A DNA stretch of 64,000 nucleotides from Kosmotogaceae bacterium (GTDB lineage Bacteria; Thermotogota; Thermotogae; Petrotogales; Kosmotogaceae): the NCBI GenBank assembly GCA_003444085.1, contig DLVL01000009.1, forward strand, positions 4,930 through 68,929, written 5' to 3'. The notes beneath the pieces were generated by a model. The model worked only from the letters and a program-made list of their open reading frames with translations, did not search any database and was not told the origin of the DNA. How positions within the stretch are numbered: the first letter of the stretch is position 1; the number at the start of each line of letters is the position of its first letter. The position numbers were made by a program, and so were the translations under genes. Of the stretch, positions 48,407 through 58,272 are shown one piece after another.

Positions 48407-49545
48407 TAGCCCTCCTTCTCAAGAAACTCCATAACAGCCGCACCGCCTGCTCCATAAGGTACAGAATGTCCAAGTCTCCTTAAGACTTTCTCAAGGGCGG
48501 TAAAGGCCACTACTATGTCAAATCCGCTCACATATCCAAGGTGAGAGATTCTGAAAATCTTGCCTTTCATCGTTCCCTGACCTCCAGCAAGTGTAACTCC
48601 ATATTCATCGCGCATAATAGACACGATTTTCCCTCCGTCTACTCCTTCTGGAACCTTCACTGCTGTAAGTACATTCCCAGGTCTCTTTGAAAACAGTTCC
48701 AGATTCAATGCAGCCACTCCTCTTTGAGTAGCTTCCGCCAGAACCTCGTGACGGGCCCACACGTTCTCTATCCCCTCTTCTTTGAGGAGTCTCACTGCAG
48801 CTCTTTGCTGATATATCAGGTTAACCGCGGGAGTCCATGGAGCGGGATCCTTCTTGTAGGCTCGTGCATTAAAGTAGAATCTTGGTGTTGTAACCTCTTC
48901 TGCTTTCTGAAGTGCCTTGCTGCTGAACGAAGCATATGCAAGACCAGGAGGAAGCATAAAACCCTTCTGTGAACCGGCCACCACAACATCAACGCCCCAT
49001 TCGTCTGTCTTCATCGGCTGCGCCACCAAACCACTTATACAATCAACAGCAAGAAGCACACTGTGCCTTTGTGTGACCCTCGAGAAACCTTCAATGTCCA
49101 TTACTGTACCAGTCGATGTTTCACTAAGTGTTGCAAAAACGACTGAGGCATCAGGGTTCTGCTTCAGCACATCATCGAGTTCTTCGGGGGAAACATAATC
49201 TCCGTATTCCTTTCGGATCGTAATGGCTTTAGCACCAAATACTTTGCAGAGCTCTTCCCACCGTTCCCCAAATTTACCGACAGAGATTACAACAACTTTC
49301 TCGTCAGCAGAAACAAGATTCGCTGCGGCCATCTCCATTGCACCTGTTCCAGTACTTGCAAGCATGAACAGGTCATTTTCCGTCTGGAAGACGTACTTCG
49401 TTCCCTCAATGGCCTCATCCATTATCTTCTTGAACTGAGGAGTTCGATGATGGATCGTCTCTCTGGCCCCTTCCAGAGAAACCTCATTTGGAACTGGTGT
49501 CGGACCTGGAGCGAGTAGATAACCTTTTCGAACAAGTTTTGCCAC
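48403..49545 (-). CDS. class V aminotransferase (AGXT/serine-pyruvate type, plausibly the phosphoserine aminotransferase of this serA pair)
   Basis: 380 aa, GTG start (SD GGAGGTG). LLAPGPTPVP and the PLP-lysine region AGSQKGFMLPPG are present. 4-nt overlap with serA. Confidence 0.8.
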
Positions 49546-49706
49546 TTCTGCACCTCCCCATGCTTTCTATAGGCTGTGATAGAACATAATCTTTGGCATA
49601 TTCTCATCTCAAATATATCACGCTAACCATTTCGTTGCTGGTACTTTGCTTAGACCAGACTGTTGCTATATGATAGTCTTGAGAAATCAACGAAGAAGGT
49701 GATTAG

Positions 49707-50351
49707 ATGGAGTTCTTGATTATAGCGGTCCTCATGCTCGTAATTACTGGACTGGTCATCGTTATTCTGTTAAAGAAAAAGACGATCATTACCAGCAGCA
49801 GTATTCTTGGGCGCATAGAGAAGATTGCGGAACTCACAACAGCAAGACTCACGGTCAAGCACATAACAGAGATCAGCAATCTTTCAGTACTGAAGAATAT
49901 TCTTCCGATCGCAATGAGAAACATGGTTCTCATCATTCCTGTGAGTATCAGGGGTTACATCGATCTGCGAAGCATCAAGTCAGAAGAACTCAGTGTGAAA
50001 ATCTCAAAAGACAGCAATTCAATCAGTCTGACTGTACCATCCCCACAACTAGATCTCAGCATACCTCTGCCAAGTCTCAGTGAAGCTCGCATAATAAACC
50101 AGAGCGGAATCCTTGTAAAACTCGGCGACTTCATTAGAGGTGAGGACAGATTTGCAATGATTCAGCGCTCGATGCCTCAGATCGAAAAGGAAGTGAAGGA
50201 GGCCTGTCTTCAAGACGGACTCCTTGAAACTGCACAGGATAGTGCCCGTAACTTCTTCAAAGGCTTTCTTATGGGCCTTGGTTTTTCAGATGTCAACGTT
50301 GACTTTACCAGGCGCGAAGAGTCTGAGAACCAGAAAGAACTACTTCAATAG
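49707..50351 (+). CDS. membrane-anchored protein, DUF4230-like
   Basis: 214 aa with an N-terminal TM (FLIIAVLMLVITGLVIVILL), then ELTTARLTVKHITEI...IRGYIDLRSI...ISLTVPSPQL, which fits my recollection of the DUF4230 pattern. It is the first plus-strand gene after the strand switch. Confidence 0.55.
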   Translation: MEFLIIAVLMLVITGLVIVILLKKKTIITSSSILGRIEKIAELTTARLTVKHITEISNLSVLKNILPIAMRNMVLIIPVSIRGYIDLRSIKSEELSVKISKDSNSISLTVPSPQLDLSIPLPSLSEARIINQSGILVKLGDFIRGEDRFAMIQRSMPQIEKEVKEACLQDGLLETAQDSARNFFKGFLMGLGFSDVNVDFTRREESENQKELLQ

Positions 50352-50627
50352 CGCTGAACATAAGAGCCAGAGAGAACTGTAGCGGCCATATGATCGACGT
50401 TTCGTGTGTTATACTAAATCAAGAATAGGCCTGAAATACATCAACAGGTTATGTACCTCCTGGTCGACACTGAAAAGTGAATGAAAGCTTTTGTGGTAAT
50501 AGTGATCAGAGCAGGTTTGTTCTGATGACCATGTAAGATACCCTCGTTTCAGTGAATTCCAAATTTGTCGGTCTGTGGCAGACTCTTGGCCAATAATCCA
50601 AGCAAGCTGTTCGAGGAGGGAGATATT

Positions 50628-51077
50628 ATGGATGCACTAGGGAAGCTTTACTCAAGCACTACCATAGTTACTGTTAATGCCTGGGGAAAAATGAACGGTT
50701 GTGCTGTAGCATGGATTACCCGTGTTTCGCTTGAACCACCAATGATAGCCGTTTCAATCGGGAAGCAGCGCTACACACACGAGCTTATGAGTCTTACCGA
50801 TCACTTCGGGGTTTGCATAATGCTTCCCGATGCACGAAAGACCATCAGCATTTTTGGATCAAAGACAGGTCGTTATTACAACAAATTTGACGGAATCGAC
50901 TACAAACTCAGCGATAATGATGTCCCTATTCTTCCAGGCTCCCTTGCGTTTATTGAATGTAAGACCAGAGGGAAGCTTGATGCCGGTGATCACACCATTT
51001 TTGTCGGTGAAGTGATACATCAAAAGGTACTCAAAGACTCCAAACCCCTCCTTTACGGAGAAGGCAGGATGCTATAG
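50628..51077 (+). CDS. flavin reductase-like domain protein (FMN-binding split barrel)
   Basis: 149 aa from ATG 50628 (SD GGAGGGAG). VTVNAWGKMNGCAVAWITRVSLEPPMIAVSIGK and GDHTIFVGEV are typical of Flavin_Reduct proteins. Confidence 0.78.
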   Translation: MDALGKLYSSTTIVTVNAWGKMNGCAVAWITRVSLEPPMIAVSIGKQRYTHELMSLTDHFGVCIMLPDARKTISIFGSKTGRYYNKFDGIDYKLSDNDVPILPGSLAFIECKTRGKLDAGDHTIFVGEVIHQKVLKDSKPLLYGEGRML

Positions 51078-51108
51078 TGCTTTGAGAAATGACATTCCTG
51101 GTTACAGG

Positions 51109-51145
51109 ACAGGAAGCTGCTCTCATGTGGTTTCCTGTTTTTTTG
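51109..51145 (+). terminator. intrinsic terminator after the flavin reductase gene
   Basis: ACAGGAA ... TTCCTGT (7-bp stem, 16-nt loop) followed by TTTTTTTG. Confidence 0.5.
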
Positions 51146-51222
51146 TTGTTGCTGAAAGAAATGTCTGTATGCGGTATGACATCTCAGAAAGATGCTATAA
51201 TTCAGAGCAGGGGGGTGTTCTG

Positions 51223-51468
51223 ATGAATCTTCATGACGAGTTAAAGGCTGCTATTGACAGTGTTCTGGATCATCTTGAGAAGCAGCGTAAAGAGAATGAA
51301 CAACTATGGGCACAACTTGAAGCCGCAGAGGCGCGAAATGCAGAACTCGAGGCACAAATCAAGGATCTGCAGGAAACCCTTCAGTCCGACAGATCAAAAC
51401 TGGAAAATGCAATTGCAAGAATAAGAGAGACCCTGGACTCTGAGATGCGCAGTATTGAGGGAGAGTAG
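51223..51468 (+). CDS. small coiled-coil protein (ZapB/DivIVA-like by composition only)
   Basis: 81 aa from ATG 51223 (SD GGGGGGTG). It is heptad-rich: EQLWAQLEAAEARNAELEAQIKDLQETLQ. It lies immediately upstream of a ZapA-like gene. Confidence 0.5.
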   Translation: MNLHDELKAAIDSVLDHLEKQRKENEQLWAQLEAAEARNAELEAQIKDLQETLQSDRSKLENAIARIRETLDSEMRSIEGE

Positions 51469-51471
51469 TAC

Positions 51472-51753
51472 ATGAAAAGACCAGTAATACTGAAACTTGC
51501 AGAGAGAGAGTTCAGGTTCTACACAACAGAGCCCGAAGACATTGTCGAGACTGTGTTCCAGCAGATTGTTCAGACTTACGATGAACTGGAGATCGACAAG
51601 AGCAAAGTTGAGCTAGAGTACGTACTCACCGCAATGCTCGTAGAAATCACCGCTGACCTTGTGAAGTCCCGCAACGAGCTTGAGCGTATGAGGGAAAAGT
51701 ATTCAAGCATACTCGAGCAGTACCACAGGAGCAGAAGGAAAATTGAGGAATAG
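51472..51753 (+). CDS. ZapA-like cell division protein
   Basis: 93 aa. The N-terminus VILKLAEREFRFYTTEPEDIVETVFQQI fits the ZapA pattern (I.G..Y.....e.e..l..aa), and the C-terminus is coiled-coil. Confidence 0.55.
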   Translation: MKRPVILKLAEREFRFYTTEPEDIVETVFQQIVQTYDELEIDKSKVELEYVLTAMLVEITADLVKSRNELERMREKYSSILEQYHRSRRKIEE

Positions 51754-52573
51754 AATTGTAGGGATATTCGATTCTGGTATAGGCGGTCTTACGGTGCTTC
51801 GCGAGTTCCTCAAGATCTATCCACGAGGGTATGATGTTCATTACGTGGGAGACACTGCGCGTGCGCCGTACGGATCAAGACCACCCGCTACAATAATTTC
51901 CTATGCAAAGGCTATTCTGGGTTTTCTTCTTGCAAAGCAGGTTGAATCGATCATATGCGCTTGCAACACGTCGGATTCGCTTCTTTCTCCAGAAGAGAAG
52001 AATACGCTCGGAGTTCCCTATTTCAGCATACTTGATGCCTTCGGAGCAATGATTGAAGAACATCTGCCTCCTGACTCATCACTGTCACTCATAGCAACAG
52101 AGAACACTGTCAGGTCAGGTTCACTGCTAAAAGCAATTGCCGCTTCGGAGAAGACCAGGAAAGTCATGCAACAGGCGTGCAAGTTATTCGTTCCGATCAT
52201 TGAACGTGGTTTCTGGCGGGGCAAACTTGCCGATTCAGTGATCCAGCACCATCTCGCTTCCGTGAAGAGTTTTGAACCAGACTTCATTGTTCTGGGGTGC
52301 ACGCATTATCCGTTTCTTGAAGAAGGGATCAGAAGATTCCTGGGTCCTGAAGTTGAGATCATCGATCCCGGAAAACTCGTCGTTGAAAGCTTTAAATCAG
52401 CAAATGGAATAACCGGCAATTCTTCTCTTACAAAGGTTTTCTTCCACGTCAGTGGAGATGTCAGTCAGTTCAGGGAGAGGGTTTTCAGGGCCGACTTCAT
52501 GGACAATGTAGCATACACAATTGAACAGAGTTCTTTCACTGTTGATTCGGCGAACAGGAAGGTAGCAGGATGA
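51743..52573 (+). CDS. murI: glutamate racemase
   Basis: 276 aa, TTG start. GIFDSGIGGLTVL, catalytic Cys motifs ACNTS and GCTHYP are present. Confidence 0.92.
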   Translation: MRNRIVGIFDSGIGGLTVLREFLKIYPRGYDVHYVGDTARAPYGSRPPATIISYAKAILGFLLAKQVESIICACNTSDSLLSPEEKNTLGVPYFSILDAFGAMIEEHLPPDSSLSLIATENTVRSGSLLKAIAASEKTRKVMQQACKLFVPIIERGFWRGKLADSVIQHHLASVKSFEPDFIVLGCTHYPFLEEGIRRFLGPEVEIIDPGKLVVESFKSANGITGNSSLTKVFFHVSGDVSQFRERVFRADFMDNVAYTIEQSSFTVDSANRKVAG

Positions 52574-53448
52574 GAGAAGAAACTAGAAAGACGCTTCTTG
52601 TCTTGACAGGAATGTCAGGGGCAGGAAAGAGCTCTGCTGTAAGAGTTCTTGAAGACTTTGGTTTCTTCTGCGTTGACAATGTTCCTCCCAGTGTCATGTC
52701 CGACCTTATAGAATTGCTCGATCGTCCCGAGATCTCTTCACTTGCCATTGTAGTAGATATAAGAGCTATTATGAAGTTTGGCAATATCGACGAAATCGTA
52801 AGACATGCCAGGCAACTGAACGAAGGAATAGACGTCCGAATAGTCTTTCTAGATGCTGACGATGATACACTCTTCTACAGGTATTCAAAAACAAGGCGAG
52901 CTCACCCGTTGCAGCACCTTCATTCTCTTGAAGACGCAATAAGAAAAGAACGCACAATGATCACTGAGCTTATTCAGAAAGCCGATCTTGTAATAAATAC
53001 CTCTGACCTTGACATCAAGGAACTCCACACGCGGCTTCTTGCTGCAGTTGCTTCAGAATCACTTGAATCGCTTCCGATGAGAGTGGTTATTGAGAGCTTT
53101 GGATATACGGAAGGCGTCCCACATGATGCCAATCTGTTGTTCGACGTCCGTTTCTTGCCCAACCCTTACTATGTCAAGGAACTTTCAGAACTCACAGGAA
53201 AAGACAGGCAAGTCGGGCTTTTTGTCAGCGAGTATGATGCCTTTGAATCTTGGTTCGAATGTGTGTCAAGACTATGCAAAATAACGATAGAAGAGTTCGC
53301 CCGCACAGGTAGAAATCAGTTGAAGATCGCAGTTGGTTGCACCGGCGGGAGGCATAGATCTGTCTTTGTTGCGGAAAGACTGTATGAATTGTTTGCGGGT
53401 GAGAACCTGAGACTCAGCATTTTCCACAGGGAGCTGAGAAGCGGTTGA
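52570..53448 (+). CDS. rapZ: RNase adapter protein RapZ (YvcJ family P-loop NTPase)
   Basis: 292 aa. VLTGMSGAGKSSAVRVLEDFGFFCVDNVP and C-terminal IAVGCTGGRHRSV are present. ATGA overlap with murI. Confidence 0.9.
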   Translation: MREETRKTLLVLTGMSGAGKSSAVRVLEDFGFFCVDNVPPSVMSDLIELLDRPEISSLAIVVDIRAIMKFGNIDEIVRHARQLNEGIDVRIVFLDADDDTLFYRYSKTRRAHPLQHLHSLEDAIRKERTMITELIQKADLVINTSDLDIKELHTRLLAAVASESLESLPMRVVIESFGYTEGVPHDANLLFDVRFLPNPYYVKELSELTGKDRQVGLFVSEYDAFESWFECVSRLCKITIEEFARTGRNQLKIAVGCTGGRHRSVFVAERLYELFAGENLRLSIFHRELRSG

Positions 53449-54407
53449 AAAAGGTTGTCTTGATAGGTGGCGGCACCGGAATGTCAACCGTTGCTCGCTA
53501 TCTGAAGCATTGCGATGTGAAGTTATCACTTATAGTCACGATTACTGATGACGGAGGTAGCTCAGGTATCCTTCGTCAGATAATGGCGATACCTCCTCCC
53601 GGTGACGTGAGAAACAACCTTGTTGCTCTTGCAGAAGACGAGGGCGTGCTCAGGAGACTGTTCTCGTTCAGATTCTCATCCGAAGGCATACAACGCCATT
53701 CTCTGGGAAACCTCATTATTGCTGGGTTATCCGAAATGCTTGGCAGTTTCCCAGAGGCAGTCACCGCAGCTTCTCGTCTCTTAAGAACAAGAGGAGAAGT
53801 CTTTCCGGTCAGTGGAGAGGAAGTTCATCTTGTCGCACAACTGGATGATGGAAGCATCGTGCAAGGAGAAACGGCGGTAGCTCTTGTGGGGCCAAAGATT
53901 CGCAGGGTTTTTCTGGACAGGGAGGTTCGGCCACTTCCCGAAGTCCTTGAACGTCTTCGCAATGCAGACACTATTCTTGTTGGTCCTGGTAGTCTATACA
54001 CCAGTGTTGTTTCCAACTTCCTGGTGAAAGGAATATCGGAGGCCTTTTGCAACACAAGTGCTGAAGTCGCCTACATTTCGAACATTATGACACAACCAGG
54101 AGAAACCGATGGATTCGGTCTGAAGAAACATGTTGACACCCTTGAACAATATACTAAAAGGAGTTTTGATAAGGTCTTCTGGGCGGATGCGTCGAACATA
54201 GACAAAAGTGTCCTGAAAGACTACTCATCTAATGGAGCTTTCCCGGTACAAAATGACACACCTGATGATGGACGAGTCATGAGGATTGATCGACTGAGTG
54301 TGGAGTACACATATGACAAGGAATACAAGTACGTGATTCGACATTCTGAGGAGAGCATCATGCAGATCAGCAACTATCTGGGAATCACATATGAGAAGGA
54401 CAACTAG
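53445..54407 (+). CDS. yvcK: YvcK / CofD-like gluconeogenesis factor (UPF0052)
   Basis: 320 aa, TTG start. VVLIGGGTGMS, TVTDDGGSSG, LVGPGSLYTSV and PGETDG are present. Confidence 0.9.
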   Translation: MKKVVLIGGGTGMSTVARYLKHCDVKLSLIVTITDDGGSSGILRQIMAIPPPGDVRNNLVALAEDEGVLRRLFSFRFSSEGIQRHSLGNLIIAGLSEMLGSFPEAVTAASRLLRTRGEVFPVSGEEVHLVAQLDDGSIVQGETAVALVGPKIRRVFLDREVRPLPEVLERLRNADTILVGPGSLYTSVVSNFLVKGISEAFCNTSAEVAYISNIMTQPGETDGFGLKKHVDTLEQYTKRSFDKVFWADASNIDKSVLKDYSSNGAFPVQNDTPDDGRVMRIDRLSVEYTYDKEYKYVIRHSEESIMQISNYLGITYEKDN

Positions 54408-55371
54408 TTTTGCCGAGAAGCTAAAGGCTGAGCTCCTGCATCTTCCTATGCAGGATGAAAAGGAGTGCACGTCCGAGTTTCTTGGTTTCATAAAGTCAAG
54501 GGGTGCACTGCGCGTAACGGCAAAGTCCAGATACCTGGTAGCTGCGACGAACTCAATATCAAGTCTCAAACGATTGTTCACTCTTGCAAAGGCACTCGGT
54601 TTCTCTCCTTTGCGTACACACCTCATTTATGAGCACAAGCTTGAGCATAAGCGTGGTGGTGAGTTGATCTTCGAGATGAGCAAGCTAGAAGGCTTTCTCA
54701 AGGAGTCAGGGGTATTTGTTGGCTGCTCTAAGCTGCCTTCAACAGTTAAGGCAGACCCGGTATACCTCGGAGCATTCCTCAGAGGCCTCTTTCTTGCGAG
54801 CGGTTCTGTTGTTGATCCCTCAAAGGGTTATCATCTGGAGATTCTGCTTGATGGTAATGACGACTTCCCCAAGAACGTTAAAAAAGCAGTTGCAGAAGAG
54901 TTCAATATACGACTTGGCTTGATTTCTGTTAAGTCAAGGACGAAGCTCTATGTAAAATCCTCCCAAGACCTTATTGAACTGCTTTCTGCAATGGGAGCAA
55001 CGCATTTTGTTTCCGCTTTGTCCAGAACTGTAGAAATCAGAAAGGTCCGTGGAAACGTTAGCAGGACGCTGAATTTCCTGACTGCAAACGCCGATAAGTC
55101 TGCGACTGCCATGGTAAGACAGGTCAATGCTATAATGATCGTCGATAGACACATAGGACTTTCGAATCTCCCTGACGAACTTGAGAATATTGCGAAGCTT
55201 CGAGTTGATAATGAAGCGCTCAGTTTGAGAGAATTGGGGGAGATGCTTGAGCCCCCTGTCAGCAAGTCTGTTGTCCACAATCGCCTGAAGAAGATAGAAC
55301 GCATGGCTGAAAAACTGGGAGGATCTGATGAGATGTCCCTACTGCAACAACCTGACAACGAGAGTCCTTGA
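54391..55371 (+). CDS. whiA: sporulation/cell-division regulator WhiA
   Basis: 326 aa. [10 protein letters not shown], degenerate LAGLIDADG-like modules ([12 protein letters not shown]) and a C-terminal HTH ([12 protein letters not shown]) are present. Confidence 0.88.
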   Translation: MRRTTSFAEKLKAELLHLPMQDEKECTSEFLGFIKSRGALRVTAKSRYLVAATNSISSLKRLFTLAKALGFSPLRTHLIYEHKLEHKRGGELIFEMSKLEGFLKESGVFVGCSKLPSTVKADPVYLGAFLRGLFLASGSVVDPSKGYHLEILLDGNDDFPKNVKKAVAEEFNIRLGLISVKSRTKLYVKSSQDLIELLSAMGATHFVSALSRTVEIRKVRGNVSRTLNFLTANADKSATAMVRQVNAIMIVDRHIGLSNLPDELENIAKLRVDNEALSLRELGEMLEPPVSKSVVHNRLKKIERMAEKLGGSDEMSLLQQPDNESP

Positions 55372-55792
55372 CTCTCGCTCGACACAAGACGGAACAGCAA
55401 TAAGAAGACGGCGCGAATGTGAGGGTTGCTCTGAGCGTTTTACGACTTACGAACGCTATGAGCAAATGCGTGTCTTTGTTGTGAAAAAGGACGGAAGGCG
55501 AGAGCTCTTCAACCGAAATAAAGTCCTTGAAGGAATCGTCAAAGCATGCGAGAAGCGCCCAGTTTCAGTGGAATCAATGGAAGAAATCTCTGCTGGGATT
55601 GAGACCCGTCTTATGAAGGAGGGAAAACATGAAGTTCAGGCACGGGAAATTGGTGAAATGATCATGGACAAACTCCGTGATATAGATAGGGTGGCTTATG
55701 TCAGATTCGCTTCTGTTTACAGAGAGTTCAGGGATCTAGATCATTTTATGGATATAATCAGTGAGCTGAAGACGGACTTTTCGAAACACTAA
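55328..55792 (+). CDS. nrdR: transcriptional repressor NrdR
   Basis: [18 protein letters not shown]...[17 protein letters not shown] zinc ribbon plus an ATP-cone. It overlaps the whiA 3' end by 44 nt. Confidence 0.93.
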   Translation: MRCPYCNNLTTRVLDSRSTQDGTAIRRRRECEGCSERFTTYERYEQMRVFVVKKDGRRELFNRNKVLEGIVKACEKRPVSVESMEEISAGIETRLMKEGKHEVQAREIGEMIMDKLRDIDRVAYVRFASVYREFRDLDHFMDIISELKTDFSKH

Positions 55793-55805
55793 AAGGGGGA
55801 AGAAT

Positions 55806-56279
55806 ATGACAAAGAAGAAAGTCATATATTTGACCAGGGAGGGTTACGACAGGCTCAAGAATGAGCTTGACACGCTTCGCAAGAAGCTTATGTATGATAT
55901 TGCAGAAAGGATAAAAGAAGCCAGGGAGCTCGGAGATCTCAGCGAAAACAGCGAGTACGACGAAGCAAAGAACGAGCAGGGTAGAATCGATAGCAGGATT
56001 AAGCAGATCGAAGAAACACTTAACAACGCGGAGATAATCGAAGATACTGGGGATCATTCTGTGGTCAAGCTTGGATCAAAAGTATCCCTAATGAATGTTG
56101 ATTCCAATGCTGTGTCTGACATGATTATCGTGAATTCGCAAGAGGCGAATATTTTCGAAAAGCGTATCAGTGCGGATTCTCCTGTTGGTCGCGCAGTGCT
56201 TTCGAAGAAAGTGGGAGATGTTCTGAGAGTGAAAACGCCTTCCGGCTGGTCAAAGTACAAGATTCTTTCGATAAGTTGA
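55806..56279 (+). CDS. greA: transcription elongation factor GreA
   Basis: 157 aa. LTREGYDRLKNELD..., GDLSENSEYDEAKNEQ and SADSPVGRAVLSKKVGD are present. Confidence 0.93.
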   Translation: MTKKKVIYLTREGYDRLKNELDTLRKKLMYDIAERIKEARELGDLSENSEYDEAKNEQGRIDSRIKQIEETLNNAEIIEDTGDHSVVKLGSKVSLMNVDSNAVSDMIIVNSQEANIFEKRISADSPVGRAVLSKKVGDVLRVKTPSGWSKYKILSIS

Positions 56280-56297
56280 TATCTGGAGTTGGTCTGA

Positions 56298-57824
56298 TTG
56301 TCAGAAGAAACCAGGAGACAACGTCTTGAAGAAATCAAAGAGCTGCGGAACAAAGGGATAGAGCCTTTCCCGCTGCGATTCAGAAAAGTTCACAATACCG
56401 GAACAGTCCTGGAAGAGTACGCTTCCCTTGAAGCTTCTCAGACCAAAGAAGATGAGGAACTCTCCCTTGCCGGGCGAGTCATGGCTATCCGCCACCACGG
56501 AAAGTCGTCCTTCTTCACCATTAGAGACGAGTCTGGAACAATCCAGGCCTACATACGCAAAGATAAGGTCGGTGACGATTCTTTCCAGCTATTCAAGAAA
56601 TACGTCAATATCGGAGACTTCATAGGGATTGCGGGCTTTCCGTTCAAGACACACACAGGAGAGACGTCAGTTTTCGTCAAGGAGTTTCTCATTCTCTCCA
56701 AGTCAATACGAACGCTTCCCGAGAAGTGGCACGGTCTTAAAGACAAAGAGACCATATACAGGCAGCGCTATCTCGAGATGATCTCAGATGAAGGCGCCCT
56801 GAATAGACTGAAGACAAGGTTCAGGATGATAAGCCTTGTCCGCAGGTTTTTGGAAGACAGAGGATTCGTGGAAGTAGAGACACCAGTACTGCAGTTCACG
56901 ACCGGTGGAGCGTCAGCACGGCCCTTCGCCACAAAAATCAATGTCTTTGATAAAGACATTTTCCTGAGAATATCAGAAGAACTCTATTTGAAGCGTTATC
57001 TGGTAGGCGGATTTGAGAGAATCTTCGAAATCGGGAAGAACTTCAGAAATGAGGGAATCTCATACAAGCATCATCCCGAATTCCTGATGATGGAGCTTTA
57101 CCAGGCTTATGCCGATTATGAGGACATCATGCTTCTTACTGAAGAGATGATCAGTGAGGTAGTCAAAGAGCTTACAGGATCCTGTAAACTGGTTTACCAG
57201 GGTCAAGAGATCGATTTTACAAGACCCTGGAAGCGAGTTGTGATGACAGACTACATTAAAGACAAGCTAGGCATAGATATTCTGGAAGACTCTAATGAGC
57301 GACTGCTAGAATTCCTTAAAGAACACGATGCTGTTCCTGATATGCGGGAACGTGGCCATCTGATTGAGAAACTGTGGGATATGGTAGAGGATGACTTTCA
57401 AAATCCTACTTTCGTTATGGACCATCCTGTAATTATCTCGCCTCTTGCCAAACAGCACCCCGAAGATGAGCGAGTAACTCAAAGATTTGAGCTGATTATT
57501 TCGGGAATGGAATGTGCAAATGCCTTTTCAGAATTGAACGATCCCGTTGAACAGAAAAAAAGGTTCTTACATCAGGCCGGTCTCAGGGAAGCCGGTGATG
57601 CAGAGGCACATATGATGGACCAGGACTTCATCAGGGCGCTTGAATTCGGTATGCCTCCCACAGGTGGTCTTGGGATAGGTTGGGAGAGGATCGTTATGAT
57701 TCTGACGGACTCGTCATCCATTCGAGACATCATCGCATTCCCACTTGTAAGACCTGATGTCCAAACTGATTCAGATGAAGAGATTATGCAGTGCGAGGAG
57801 GATCAGGATGAATCTCTACGATAA
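56298..57824 (+). CDS. lysS: lysyl-tRNA synthetase, class II
   Basis: 508 aa, TTG start. It has an OB anticodon-binding domain and class II motifs ([31 protein letters not shown]). The acidic C-terminal tail is unusual but short. Confidence 0.93.
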   Translation: MSEETRRQRLEEIKELRNKGIEPFPLRFRKVHNTGTVLEEYASLEASQTKEDEELSLAGRVMAIRHHGKSSFFTIRDESGTIQAYIRKDKVGDDSFQLFKKYVNIGDFIGIAGFPFKTHTGETSVFVKEFLILSKSIRTLPEKWHGLKDKETIYRQRYLEMISDEGALNRLKTRFRMISLVRRFLEDRGFVEVETPVLQFTTGGASARPFATKINVFDKDIFLRISEELYLKRYLVGGFERIFEIGKNFRNEGISYKHHPEFLMMELYQAYADYEDIMLLTEEMISEVVKELTGSCKLVYQGQEIDFTRPWKRVVMTDYIKDKLGIDILEDSNERLLEFLKEHDAVPDMRERGHLIEKLWDMVEDDFQNPTFVMDHPVIISPLAKQHPEDERVTQRFELIISGMECANAFSELNDPVEQKKRFLHQAGLREAGDAEAHMMDQDFIRALEFGMPPTGGLGIGWERIVMILTDSSSIRDIIAFPLVRPDVQTDSDEEIMQCEEDQDESLR

Positions 57825-58269
57825 GATCCAACTTGACCTTAGAGAAGCGATGAAAGCAAGAGACCAGTTCAAAGCAGGCGTGCTGAAAATGCTTGTCTCT
57901 GCCGTTAAGTATTACCTTGCTTCTTCTGAAGAGGCGCGCAAGGCTGAACTCACCGATCAGAAGGTAATAGAGATTGTTAAGAAGCAGGTCAAGCAGCGCG
58001 AAGAATCTGTAGCCGCCTATGAAGAAGCTAACAGGCCCGATCTTGCTGACAAGGAGAGAGAAGAAGCCCGAATACTTCACACTTATCTTCCAGCAATGCT
58101 CAGTGAAGAAGAGATTGAGAGAATGGCTTCATCGATAATTGAAGAGACCAATGCTTCGGGTCCTCAAGACATGGGAAGAGTGATGAAAGAACTCATGGAA
58201 AGAGCTGCCGGAAGGGCAGACGGGAAGGTAGCAAGCAGAAAGGTAACAGAATTATTGAAAAACGGGTGA
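57808..58269 (+). CDS. yqeY: GatB/YqeY domain protein
   Basis: 153 aa from ATG 57808 (SD GAGGAGGA). [23 protein letters not shown]... and [13 protein letters not shown] are typical. Confidence 0.85.
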   Translation: MNLYDKIQLDLREAMKARDQFKAGVLKMLVSAVKYYLASSEEARKAELTDQKVIEIVKKQVKQREESVAAYEEANRPDLADKEREEARILHTYLPAMLSEEEIERMASSIIEETNASGPQDMGRVMKELMERAAGRADGKVASRKVTELLKNG

Positions 58270-58272
58270 TAT

